Shown here: positions 53,201 through 64,000 of the stretch, in pieces | How the letters are laid out: each line of letters begins with the position of its first letter | Numbering within the stretch: position 1 is the stretch's first letter | IMG/VR virus record: IMGVR_UViG_3300029288_000076 | Span: 32,001 to 96,000 of that record | Strand: one strand, 5' to 3' | Length of the DNA: 64,000 nucleotides | Source: a virus | Taxonomy: Duplodnaviria > Caudoviricetes | The notes under the pieces: generated by a model | The model's input: only the letters and a program-made list of their open reading frames with translations | What the model was told of the DNA's origin: nothing | The model's database searches: none | Position numbers and translations under genes: made by a program

Positions 53201-55351
53201 ACATTTTTGCCTATATTTTTATTCTTCATCTATAACCTTTTCTTTGATAATACAAGAAATAGGAATCATTTGTAAGTTCCTATATTGCTCATTTTTTAAA
53301 TCAACAGATTGAGCTATAGAAATAAATTTATCCTTTCTATCTACCTCTATTCCAATACTGGTAACAATAAGTAAATCTTCTTTATCAAGCTCTCCCTTAT
53401 TCCACCAACCATTAAAAGAAGTAAGCGCTGTAGCATCATGCCACTCAATATAAAGAAGCCTGCCTACTTTCGGTTTAAGTTTTTCTATAAGGTCTACGAA
53501 TCCTGAATTAGTAGTTTCATTACTTCTTTCAATTCTTCTAGGATTACCACCTGTCATATTTCCTCCTTAGTTTTAACTATACCAAATAGAATTCGTAAAA
53601 AGAAAAAGCCAAAATCAAAAGATACACCACTACCATATTCATAGTTGATTTTCAAATATGGTATAATATAAAAGTTATAATCTTCAAAGTAGCTACACTT
53701 ATAGAATTTGTATTTAATCATTTTTTAGAACCTTTTCACTTATTTTAGACAAAAATGCTGTCCCGCCTTCTTTTTTATTAGATCTAGGCATAATTCCTAC
53801 ACCTTTCCCATTATTCATACCAACCTTAAGAATTGTTCCAGTTATAATCTCGTGTGAGCCTTTGCTGTCTATGTAACTACCATAATTAATTTTACTTTCA
53901 AAAACAGCATCACTTCCTATAATAGCAAATCTTCCATCTTCAAGAAGAAGATTTATAGCTTTTTTAATATTTTTATCTTTAATCATTTCTTCACCTCTAC
54001 TTCTATTTGTATTTTATTATCTATCAGCTCATTATAATGAAATGGCCATAGAATAGTTTTAATCATTTTAGAATTTATAAAAAATAATTCGTGTTCGTGC
54101 TTTTTAGACCATTCTTTAGAAACCATTATAGATCTGTCAACAGTAAAGGTTTTATTCTTTAAATCTAGTCTACAGGCTAACCACTCAAGACAATCATTAT
54201 TCATCGGCTACTTTCTCTTGTCTCCAAATTTTAGCTGCATCTTTCTTAGTTGGAGCACAATTCCGGCATAAAAAATATTGATCTATGTCAACAGCAATTC
54301 CATAACCAATAGCATATTCTTCATACACTTTGAGTAACCAATAAGGTTCCCATTTAAATTCCTTATTACACATGCCACATTCTTGCCACCGTAAAGCCCA
54401 ACGCCATTTTGTTGCTTTTAAATACTCATCTCTTTTTTTTAATTGTTTTTCTCTATACATTTTCTACCACCATAAATACTGAAAACATTTATAAAACAAT
54501 TCCATACCCTCTCTATAAGTTTCAAAATTTTCTAAATCAATTCCGCCATTACTAACTAAAATTTCAAAGCTACAAATTATCTTATTTAATACTTCATCCC
54601 ATTCTTCGCTGGTCATTGATCCAGGATAAGCAATAGTAACTTCTTTAAATCTTTTTAATCTTGGCAAAACAAATCTTGCTATTGTTAAATCTAAATTCCA
54701 AGTTTCACTGTCATCAAATCCAATTGTTTTTCTTTGCTTAGAAAATTTCTTTTCTCTTTTATCATCTTTACTTATAACAGAAAAGCAGATATTTGGAACA
54801 TTAATATATTTTATATCTATGTTGCTCATTTTCTTAGTCATTTTTTGTAACATCAATTGATGATATTAATTTATCAAAATCTATTTTTACTTTTATTTTA
54901 TCAGAACTGAATATAAAAAGCCTATCCTCAAACATTTTAGCAAACTCTTTTGAAACCGGAACTGTCGCTTTAGAATCAACAAGCTTATGATTTTTATGGT
55001 CTATCTGATAAATTTTCCACTCCTCAATTTGATCATCTGTATGAGTGAATTTAATTTGAGCCATTTTGTTTTTCCTTTAATATAAATAATTGTTGAAAAT
55101 ATTTAACAACTCTATCATTTCGTGTGTGGACTGGTCAAATCATTCATCAGTAATATAATTTAATCTTAAATATTTAAGATTAGTCATTCACAAACTTTTT
55201 ACCATGACTTATATCTAAATGAACTTTCATAAATTCAAAATTATAGATAATACTACAAAATTTACATTGATATTGTATTGATGGTTTAAAAATCTCATTA
55301 AGTATAAATTCTTTTATAGCTTCTTTAGAAATAGTTTTGACAAATCCTCCG

Positions 55352-56059
55352 TTACTCATTCACAAATCTCTTTACTAGATCTGTTTCTATATAAGAAATA
55401 GTTGCTTGAGTTTTACCTAAAAAATCTGCTATGTCTATTTGTTTTATATTACTATCAACGAGGTTCCTAAAAAAGAAAACTACTTTTTGATCTTGATTAT
55501 AAAGAGAAAAGCAACTTGTAGAAAATGAATCAAATTGACTTAAGAAAGGATTTCTAAAATCTAAATAAGCCCCATATTTATTTAATTTACGTGACAAAGA
55601 ATTCATAGCTCCAATAGATGAAAACTCAAAATCGTCTAACTCTTCAGGTAATAAATCAATACAATTATCTTGATATGATTCCTCATAAACCCTATTTTCT
55701 GGTAAAGCTTTGTTAAAAGTTACATATGAATATCTATAATGGCTTATCTCTCTCTTAATAAAATTTCCAAGACAATTAGAAAGTCTCATTCCATAATACT
55801 TTGTAAAGTTATCGTTAAGTGTATAATCGTAGAGTTTTACAGCATGGTCAAGTTCTAGATAACTTTGACTTAAAAGGTCATCAAAAAAGTCAAAACCAAT
55901 ATGCTTATTATATTTTAGGATAAGTGAATCTATAACCTTATGAGTATAAGGCATAAGAATTGAAAAAAGATCATGTAAACAAGACGTATCATTTGTCTGT
56001 TTATAAGATCCAATTATCATTAACACTACTTGTCTAAATTCTTCATAATCTTGATTCAT
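55352..56059 (-). CDS. Phage sigma-70-like factor
   Basis: DDLLSQSYLELDHAVKLYD...FTKY (region 2); QIDIADFLGKTQATIS HTH (region 4). Confidence 0.75.
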   Translation of the reverse strand: MNQDYEEFRQVVLMIIGSYKQTNDTSCLHDLFSILMPYTHKVIDSLILKYNKHIGFDFFDDLLSQSYLELDHAVKLYDYTLNDNFTKYYGMRLSNCLGNFIKREISHYRYSYVTFNKALPENRVYEESYQDNCIDLLPEELDDFEFSSIGAMNSLSRKLNKYGAYLDFRNPFLSQFDSFSTSCFSLYNQDQKVVFFFRNLVDSNIKQIDIADFLGKTQATISYIETDLVKRFVNE

Positions 56060-57554
56060 TTAGTTAATGTTGATTCCTCTTTAGCAATAAAAAACTTACA
56101 AGTTCCAAGTTGAACATTCACTTCTTCCCAAGGAAAAGTTAGATCACAATAATCAAAATATCTATCATTAAAACCGCAACAAGGTCTACAATGTTGGCGC
56201 TTACCACACGCATTTTTAAACTTAGGTAATAGATAATGATAATTATTTTTTGCTAATGTATTCATTTAATCCAACTTTTCTATTTCTTTCTCGCATTTCC
56301 TTATAATTCGTAAAATTTTATCAGCACTTTTATTGATTTGATTTTTTAATACTTCATTTTTAATCAAATTAAGAGCACTAATAGACAACTTTGCTTTTGC
56401 TCTCTCCCATTGTAAATCATCTTCCATACCATACATTATTTCATTTCCTCTTCTGTTAAGGACCTTATAAATTCAACATCAGTAGATGTTGACAAATTAA
56501 CAATATCGGCATCATCGTTGCTACCAACTATTCTACAAAATGAATAAGCTCCATCAATATGGAAAAATCTAAATGTATCTACGACTCTATTAGGATCATC
56601 TTTATGTCTTAACACTGATCTATTAGATAGTTTTATCAAACTATTTCTTGGAACTTCATAAAGTTTCATCTCTTTCTATCCGTAATAAAATCATTAAGTT
56701 GTTTATCTATTCTATTAATTCTCTTTACATTACATTCAAAACACCAATGAGGACTCCAAGCAGTTCCAGCTAGATTGTTACAACCTTCTTCGCAACATTT
56801 TTTGCCAGTGTGATATTTAGAACTGTTACCTACATGATTTGGATCATTGTAACCACCAATCATTTTAAATCACCATAATCACAATCAGGAAATATTAGAA
56901 ACCATGTAAAAACTATTTCATTCCACAAATTCTTAAAATCTTTTTTCAATCCTTCCTTCAATTCTTTAAGCCACTTTTTCATTTCTTTTCCTTTTTGTCA
57001 TAAATACCATCTAATAATAAAAAACTTATCTATCGTTTTTTTCATCTTCTTCAAACTTAGTCATTAGTTCATTAGCTTCTCTTTCAAGTCTATTCTCATC
57101 AGTTTCATCATCAGTAATTATATTATATAATTCATTAATGTATTTTTCTTTATTTTTATCATATTTTGACCAATTACCTAAAACAGTCTTAAAATAGCTT
57201 CTAATAGCTTTGGCATCTCTTCTTCTAGCATAAAGATGATACTCTTTCTTTGTTGGCAATATATTTAGAATGCTCCCAAAGCCTTTCCAAAAACTATTCA
57301 TTGTTTATTCTTCTTTATTTCTTCTAAAATTAAATTCCCTACTAAGCTAATATGGTTTACAACTTTTACTAAAGTAACTTGATCTGGATAAGCATAATAA
57401 GATGATCCGAATGTAGTAAAACATAGATCACAACACCAGACTTCTTGTCCTTTTCTCTTAGAAGGAGCTTCAATCAAATATTTATTTAATTTTGTAGTTT
57501 CAAAATTACAACAATCGCAATAACTTTCTTCTGGATTATCCTCAAAATATGGCA

Positions 57555-57755
57555 TCATCCTTTCTCCACTGTAGGTTTGCGTCTGTAAGTCCAGCCACCA
57601 CCTTTTAAATGAAAATTGTTTTGAGATATAATCTTAACCATTTTGATATTACAATTTGGACAAATAGGATCTCCCTCAGCATAGTCTAAATTTGATCTAA
57701 AAAGCTTCTCTTTTTTATGATGACATTTAGGACAGTCATACTCATAAATTGGCAT
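57555..57755 (-). CDS. FmdB family zinc-ribbon protein
   Basis: MPIYEYDCPKC...CPNC...IS...F.LKGGGW. Confidence 0.85.
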   Translation of the reverse strand: MPIYEYDCPKCHHKKEKLFRSNLDYAEGDPICPNCNIKMVKIISQNNFHLKGGGWTYRRKPTVEKG

Positions 57756-58106
57756 AAATCAAATTACCTCTTTATATAGTCCTTTAACATTTTTCTTTAA
57801 GATCATTTACAATATTAACAGGTTATTCAAACTAGCTCGTGTTTCTACTCTTCGCTTAAATATTCAGGCTCTTTTCCTGGATTTAATAACTTCCAAAGCT
57901 CAGTCCATATTCTAACCCCAACGAAAACTTCTAAATCACTTTTAGCCCAAGGAAATTGACCCTTGTACGCTTCTAGAATAGTACTTGAAAAATCCCACGG
58001 CTCATCTTCATCAACAATTGGAAAGCCAATATCTTCTTCTTCCCATAAATAAACTAATTCATTTTCTTCAATGTAAGACATAATATCCTTATATAGCTTT
58101 TGAGAA

Positions 58107-58523
58107 TTACTTTCCATTTATTTTCTCCTTTACAAGATTAATAAGATCTTGAACAGTTTCGATTCTTTCGGCTTCTTTATCTGATATTTTAATATTAAAT
58201 TCTTCTTCAGCATCTATAATAAAATTCACAAGATCAAGTGAATCAGCCCAAAGATCCTCAACAAGATAATCTTCATCTTTTATTTCTTTATGAGAATATG
58301 ATTTTAGCACACCAGTTATAATAGAATTAACTTTTTCTTTTATAATTAGTTCATCCATTTTCTTCTCACTAATTACATCTTCTTTTTTAGTGCAAGTACT
58401 TTTCTTTTGATTAGATAGCAATTCTTTATCTAGTCCAGCTTCTTTTCGTATACCGCTTGGCCATTGATTTACTTCATTTTGTGCCTTTTCAAGTTGTTCG
58501 TGATACCATACAAATTTACTCAT
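58107..58523 (-). CDS. acpP: Acyl carrier protein with N-terminal extension
   Basis: DLWADSLDLV...EEEFNIKISD..AERIETVQD; phosphopantetheine Ser in DSL. Confidence 0.85.
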   Translation of the reverse strand: MSKFVWYHEQLEKAQNEVNQWPSGIRKEAGLDKELLSNQKKSTCTKKEDVISEKKMDELIIKEKVNSIITGVLKSYSHKEIKDEDYLVEDLWADSLDLVNFIIDAEEEFNIKISDKEAERIETVQDLINLVKEKINGK

Positions 58524-58600
58524 TACTTTATCTTTATATATTATATTTTAAAAATTCAGTTATAAAAGAGGAGGGGCATTCACCACTCCTATAATAAAAA

Positions 58601-60085
58601 CTACGGCATTGGAACAATAACATGATCAACAACAATTACAGGAACAACTTCTGGTTCAACGCAACCTTTTCCAAATTTGATTCCAATAAACAAATCAGTA
58701 GCCCAATAGTTAGGATGAATGGTTACAAGACCAGTTTTAATGTCCTGACCTCCAGTATAAGAAGCATCAACACCAATAACAAATCTCTTATACTCATAAT
58801 TCAACCCAACATAAGCCCTGCCTCTTCCTAAAATATATCCCTGATCTGTGTCAGAATATCCAGTATCAGAATAGATTGCTCCATCAAATACAAATGATTT
58901 AGGATGAACTACAATAAAAACATTGTAGTATCCTGGAAGCCACTGAGCCCCAACAACTCCGCTAAAACCTTTCCCAAAGTCTTTTACATATTCAAGTCCA
59001 ACAGGAATAGAAATGATATAGAAATCATAATCTACATCTCCTGCAACTCCAAAAGAAGTTTCAGTAAATGAAGTTGTTTTCCAGTCATCGTAATAACCTT
59101 TGTGAACTTCATCATAAGGTGGCGTGTCCCAATAGCCAGCATGATATTCATCCCAAGCTGGGTGCTCACAATAACCGTCATGGTATTCGTCCCAGGGTGG
59201 TGTATCCCAATAACCTTCTTTCCATTCCCAATGGCCGCAATGCCAACCTATACCAGGATGATGCACAATCTTTGCTGGGTGATGAATCACTTTTGCTTCA
59301 TGATACTCATCCCATGCTGGGGTCCAGCATATCTCTTCACAATTATTATTTCCAGCTGGGTGACAATTACTTTGATGCCAATGACTTCGTGTTCTTGGAC
59401 GACCTTGATCAAAATGACCAGTTTCACAATTAGAAGCTTCATGATGTTCTGTCCATGCTGGAATAGTTTCATCCCAAGCAGGAATAGTTTCATCATAAGG
59501 TGGGACATCACAGTAACCTTCGTGCCATACCTTTACTTTGTCATGCCAACCTACGCCTGGATGATGTTCGGTCCAGCCTTCATGACACCCAGTAGCTTTA
59601 TGATGCTCAGTCCATCCACAGTGCCAACCTATACCAGGATGATGTTCAACCCATTCTGGATTCCACTTTCGATTCTTTTCTGTAGTGGTTTCATTAATAT
59701 TTTGGTTGGTTCTGAATCCTCCATAACCACTTTCAAACTGAACACCTAAAGTAGCATACAAACCTGGAATATAACAATCCCAAGGACTAGAAGCAACCTC
59801 AATAGCAACGACAGGATTCCAATTAAAATCCTTACTTGTAACTACAGTATTATTAATATCAAGCGTTTTAATAACTTGATATTCTTCTCCTGCAAGAACA
59901 GTTACAAGATGCTGTTGAAGTTTAGCAAATCCAGGAGGAGCCTTGACATCAGCGTTTTTATAGTTGAAAATGTAACCTGCCCTGGATCGAAAAATTGTTT
60001 CTCCTGCAAATGACGATGTAATCATAAACAGAAGTACGAGCAAAATGCTCAAGAAAACCGTGAATTGAATTTTCTTCATGTTCAC
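58601..60085 (-). CDS. Outer-membrane beta-barrel protein with a His/Trp/Cys-rich repeat insertion
   Basis: Signal peptide ending SSFA; amphipathic strands; LFIGIKF barrel terminus; internal repeats. Confidence 0.7.
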   Translation of the reverse strand: MNMKKIQFTVFLSILLVLLFMITSSFAGETIFRSRAGYIFNYKNADVKAPPGFAKLQQHLVTVLAGEEYQVIKTLDINNTVVTSKDFNWNPVVAIEVASSPWDCYIPGLYATLGVQFESGYGGFRTNQNINETTTEKNRKWNPEWVEHHPGIGWHCGWTEHHKATGCHEGWTEHHPGVGWHDKVKVWHEGYCDVPPYDETIPAWDETIPAWTEHHEASNCETGHFDQGRPRTRSHWHQSNCHPAGNNNCEEICWTPAWDEYHEAKVIHHPAKIVHHPGIGWHCGHWEWKEGYWDTPPWDEYHDGYCEHPAWDEYHAGYWDTPPYDEVHKGYYDDWKTTSFTETSFGVAGDVDYDFYIISIPVGLEYVKDFGKGFSGVVGAQWLPGYYNVFIVVHPKSFVFDGAIYSDTGYSDTDQGYILGRGRAYVGLNYEYKRFVIGVDASYTGGQDIKTGLVTIHPNYWATDLFIGIKFGKGCVEPEVVPVIVVDHVIVPMP

Positions 60086-62506
60086 TCCTTTAAAAAGTTA
60101 ATAGAAAATAGTTAATAGAAAATAGTTAATAATAGCAACCTCTACAACAAAACATATAAAAGCAACTATAAGTAACCAATTTACTATATAATTTAAAATT
60201 GTGTTCACCTCCCTTTAATCTTTAATAAAATCTGTTCCTGGCTAAAAAGAATATTTCTTTCCTTAAATGTAATTTTGATGATTCAAGTCCTATTCCTCTA
60301 ACAATCCAAGAAACAGATAGTTGAATATACCAATCAATTGCAATAACTCTATACCAACAACAATTAAAACTTCCGGTAAATCTATTCCAAAATTCGTTTT
60401 TGTGTTCTATCCAAAACCCATTATAAATACAAGGTAGCCATTTATTTAATCTTAGATATCTATTAGCAAAATATCTATTTCTAGTCATTCTTATCATTTA
60501 TCTCTTTTATATGTCTTTAAAAAGTTAAGTAGTAATCAGCACGCATATAACAGCAATAAGTGCACACACTGCTTGTATTAACACACATATTAATTGAAAT
60601 GATAGAACTGTCATTTAGAATGCTCCTTACACCAACGCTTTGCTTTTTCTTTCTCTGCAAGTTCAAGCCACTCTATTTGAGGATATAATTTACCTTCTTG
60701 ACACCATTTTACAAACGCAATAAGCTGATTATCATCTAGAATTCCTATAAGCGCGGCTATAGCAGAATCTACTGTAAACTTTAACGAATCTAAATCTTCT
60801 TTTTTAGAAAATTTATAGTAAGTTGGTTCTAGTTCCTTATTTTGAAGTATAGTTTTAAGATGACAAACTTCAGCCTCTAATTTTGTAATGCGTTCTTCTT
60901 TTGACATATTATTCCTCTCTGAAAAATAATTTTGTTTTTTAACTTCTTTTTGAAAGTTATGTTCCCATTCCATTCTATATATTTTTTCATAAATAATTTT
61001 ATTTAGAGTATCCATGTTGTATCCATAGTTATTAAATATAATATTATTTGTCTAATAAACTTCAATTAGTATAACCTGCTCTTTTTAAAAATCCTTTAAT
61101 ATCTTTTTTCCATACCCAAGGAATAATAACTTCTATATTATAACCAGCAAAACCAAGCGTTCTCCACAATTGTACATTAATGCATCCATCAGATAAGTGA
61201 ACATTTTTACGTAAAGTTTTGCTATGCCCCATTATTCTTTATAAAAATTAAATAGTTTCGTCAATTACTCTTTTAATATTTTCTAAAGTAGTACTCATAA
61301 ACCAAATTGTTGGTCTACTTTTCTCTCGCGCTTCATCTTTTAAGACGTCTACCATAGCGTTAGTAGGGAGCATTTCTTTAATTTCACGAAGAGCTTTTTG
61401 ATATTTTGTAATTTGATCAAGATCAGACATTGGTTCTCCTTAAAATTATTTCTCTTTCCTTCTTATATTTTTAATATAAGAACTAACAACATCTCTTATT
61501 TCATTATCAGTATACTCAAGCCTCTTCAGCAACAATACAAAATCTTTTACTATTTTTCCTTCGGGGCTTGCTGATTCAAATTCCTCTACATCCTTAAAAC
61601 TTATTAAAGCTCTTTCTGCCTTTTGAGCAGCTTCATTTTTACTATCCACTATTTGCTTCCTTATTAAAACCAATCATCTAAAAAGTCAATAATCTCTTCA
61701 TCAGTTAAGTGCCTTTTAGAAAAACTATTACAAGCATCAACAAACACTTTTACTTTTTCTTGCTTTTTAGCTTTCTTATTTTCAAAGTATTTATCCATAA
61801 AATGCCAACCCATTCTCCAAGAATTCCAAAGTTTTCGTGCTTTAGCTCTTGAATTTGGATTCTTGTCTAAAGCTTTTCCAATATCCCTAGCGTCTTTACC
61901 TAAAATAAAATTAGAATACTCAGGTGTTTCTGCTATAAGATTTCCTTCTTCATCTCTATATTCTTTCATTTTAAATAATCCTTAAAAGTCAACAGACATC
62001 TAAATTCATTATGATATGCTTTCCAAAACTTCTCTTGCATAAATGGACTTGTTAAATCATCAAAAAAGTTATCTATTTTATATTGGATTAAATAATACTT
62101 AACAGCACTTGGAATACAAATATCTGCAAGTTTAAAGCCCTTAATGGACATTTTATTGTTAATCAATAAATCTAGAATATTAGTACTCCATCCAACAAAA
62201 GCACTATACCCCTCAACAATAAAATGGGGATCTTTCTCAGTCGTCGTAAAACTACACTCATCCAAATTATCATAAAATTTTAATTCATAAAATAATTCCC
62301 ACATCATAGATAATTTTTCTATTTCTTCACAAGCATCAAGGAGACTCTTTTTATATTTTGTAATGATATAACTATAAGCTTCTGCTTTATGTGCCTTTTT
62401 AAAATTAAGTAGAAATCTTGCAAAAGCAATATAGAAAACAATAAATATAAAAAAGCAAAGTAATATTTCTAACATCGTCTTTATCTTATATATTTTTCAT
62501 TAGTCA

Positions 62507-62725
62507 TTATTTATTCATAAGTTTTTCAACAGCAATAAAAGATTTATCCTTTGACTTTTCTTCTCGCAACATTGGATAAAATTCTTTTTCTAATAAAGCT
62601 TTTACTTTTTTGGAACCTATTTGAGATTCTACCAGTCACATTAATTCTTCAACAACTTCATAAGCATCACCCATATTTTCTATAAGTGACCAGCCATGTT
62701 TTACATGATTATAACTTCCAGCCAT
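62507..62725 (-). pseudogene. Small ORF interrupted by an in-frame TGA (62636-62638)
   Basis: MAGSYNHV...IENMGDAYEVVEELM*LVESQIG...KLMNK; GAGG SD; fills the gap. Confidence 0.5.
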
Positions 62726-64000
62726 ATTAGATCCTCACATTATATATTTTTGAAAAAATTGAACATCCATATTACTTAAAGCTCTTTGATCATATTTAAT
62801 AATATCTTCTATAATCATTGGTTCTTGTTTCAATATAAAGCAAATCATATCAGCTATTGGCTCAGATCTACCACCAGACATGGTATAATAAAATTTACCT
62901 TCGTCATTAAACATATACATAATTAAAGATGGATTGTTTTGACTTCTGATAAGTTTATTAAGAATTTTTATAAGAAATATTATAACTTTAGTTTTCATAT
63001 TTTGTTTGTTAATTTCATGTTTCATTTCAGTTATCTAGTTAATAGCCATATAGTCAAATAAACCCACTCAAACATTATGATGATGAAACAAATCTTAATA
63101 ATAAGACACCAACTCTTCATTTCTCCACTTCTATTGGAAAAGACGAGTATCTCACCCTTTCATGTCTATATGCAATGAATGTTTTATTGCACTCGTCGCA
63201 TTGGATTTCAGTATCATCATTTCCATATTCAAAATACTCGTATGATTCTTCTACTATATATCCACAATATGGACAAACAATTTCTTCGGTATACTTACAG
63301 TCTATTTCGCTCACTTCTCCACCTCGTTGATGATCTTGCAGATCGCTTCGTAATGGTCTATAGTCTGCGCGACGCTCACGGTCTTACCAGAACATGGGAT
63401 GTGTGGACGTATCCTATCCACCACTCCAAGGAGCATATTAACATCATCGGCAATTAAGGGAAGGTGAATATCTATGAGATAATAGGCTACCCTATCGGTA
63501 TCATCATCATAATATTCCTCCCTCTGATCCATCATGTGTTTAACCCTCTTTCTTATCTCTTCTATCATGGCTTGTTCTCGTCAAGAATGGCGGTAGCCCT
63601 ACGTTCACGTGCCAGTTTTTCGACCTCATCTAATATTGTCCTACCTAACTCATAACTAATCGCATCATGATCTTCCGATGGAATCATATCAAGTATCTTG
63701 TCCTCCCGCTTGTAAGCTTCGCTAAGATTGAGTTCGTACAGATATAGAGTATTGAATAGGAAATCAAGATCGATGTTATTGTAATCTTCCTTCTCGTATT
63801 CCTTGTCTATGTATTTCCTGTTCAACCTCATCACTTCCTCACTTAACCTCATCATTCCCTCCGTTATATTTTTTTATAATCACTATCTCTACAGAAAATG
63901 AATTTTGGTTTGGTTGGGGAATCAAATGCTGATTCTGGTATAGAAAGACGCTTTCTTTTCACTTTTGGTTTTGTTTCTATACTATCGACTATTTCACTTA

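Larger units (their letters stand above)
44153..63855 (-). other. Dense array of small minus-strand hypothetical ORFs, many with CxxC motifs
   Basis: Overlapping ATGA/TAATG junctions with SD sequences throughout the ORF track. Confidence 0.6.

Noticed and set aside
59068-59749. Plus-strand ORFs over the His/Trp repeats
   Set aside because: Shadows produced by the repetitive codons of the OMP gene.
60096-60131. 14-bp tandem repeat upstream of the OMP gene
   Set aside because: Only about 2.5 copies of AT-rich sequence; an operator cannot be distinguished from slippage.
1-64000. Genome-wide stop-codon reassignment (code 4, 15 or 25)
   Set aside because: Core genes are intact in code 11, and TGA and TAG terminate many genes with tight ATGA overlaps.

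Overview
This is an AT-rich segment of a large tailed dsDNA phage in the standard genetic code. The host is probably Gram-negative, inferred from an encoded outer-membrane barrel. There are three blocks. (1) 1-19.5 kb, minus strand, is the head module: portal, scaffold, major capsid, two decoration paralogues, a DnaT-like adaptor and a head-closure protein. It is interspersed with basic peptides, an M23 peptidase, a glycosyltransferase, a radical SAM enzyme and a NUMOD3/TnsA-like endonuclease. (2) 19.6-41 kb, plus strand, is an early/host-takeover region with repeated sigma70-like promoters, a CCA-adding enzyme, Thg1, a Pol-beta nucleotidyltransferase, DNA ligase, a DUF932 protein and many small ORFs. 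(3) 41-64 kb, minus strand, carries the terminase large subunit, a GH24 lysozyme, a sigma-like factor, an acyl carrier protein, an OMP and many small ORFs. Three observations stand out. (a) Three unrelated proteins (an ADP-ribosyltransferase, an HEXXH metallopeptidase and an unknown domain) share an invariant N-terminal KEPSPPFKDPNPDK leader, a candidate capsid-loading tag for a polymorphic effector system. (b) The first early transcript resembles an rRNA operon: promoter, boxB/boxA, then four abutting 24-31 bp long-range RNA helices that each enclose genes or a 355-nt ncRNA, followed by a tRNA-like RNA with a very long anticodon arm and more structured RNAs. (c) An outer-membrane beta-barrel carries a mirror-symmetric His/Trp-rich insertion that looks like a long beta-hairpin stalk. 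All functional calls come from motif recognition by eye; no database searches were run.
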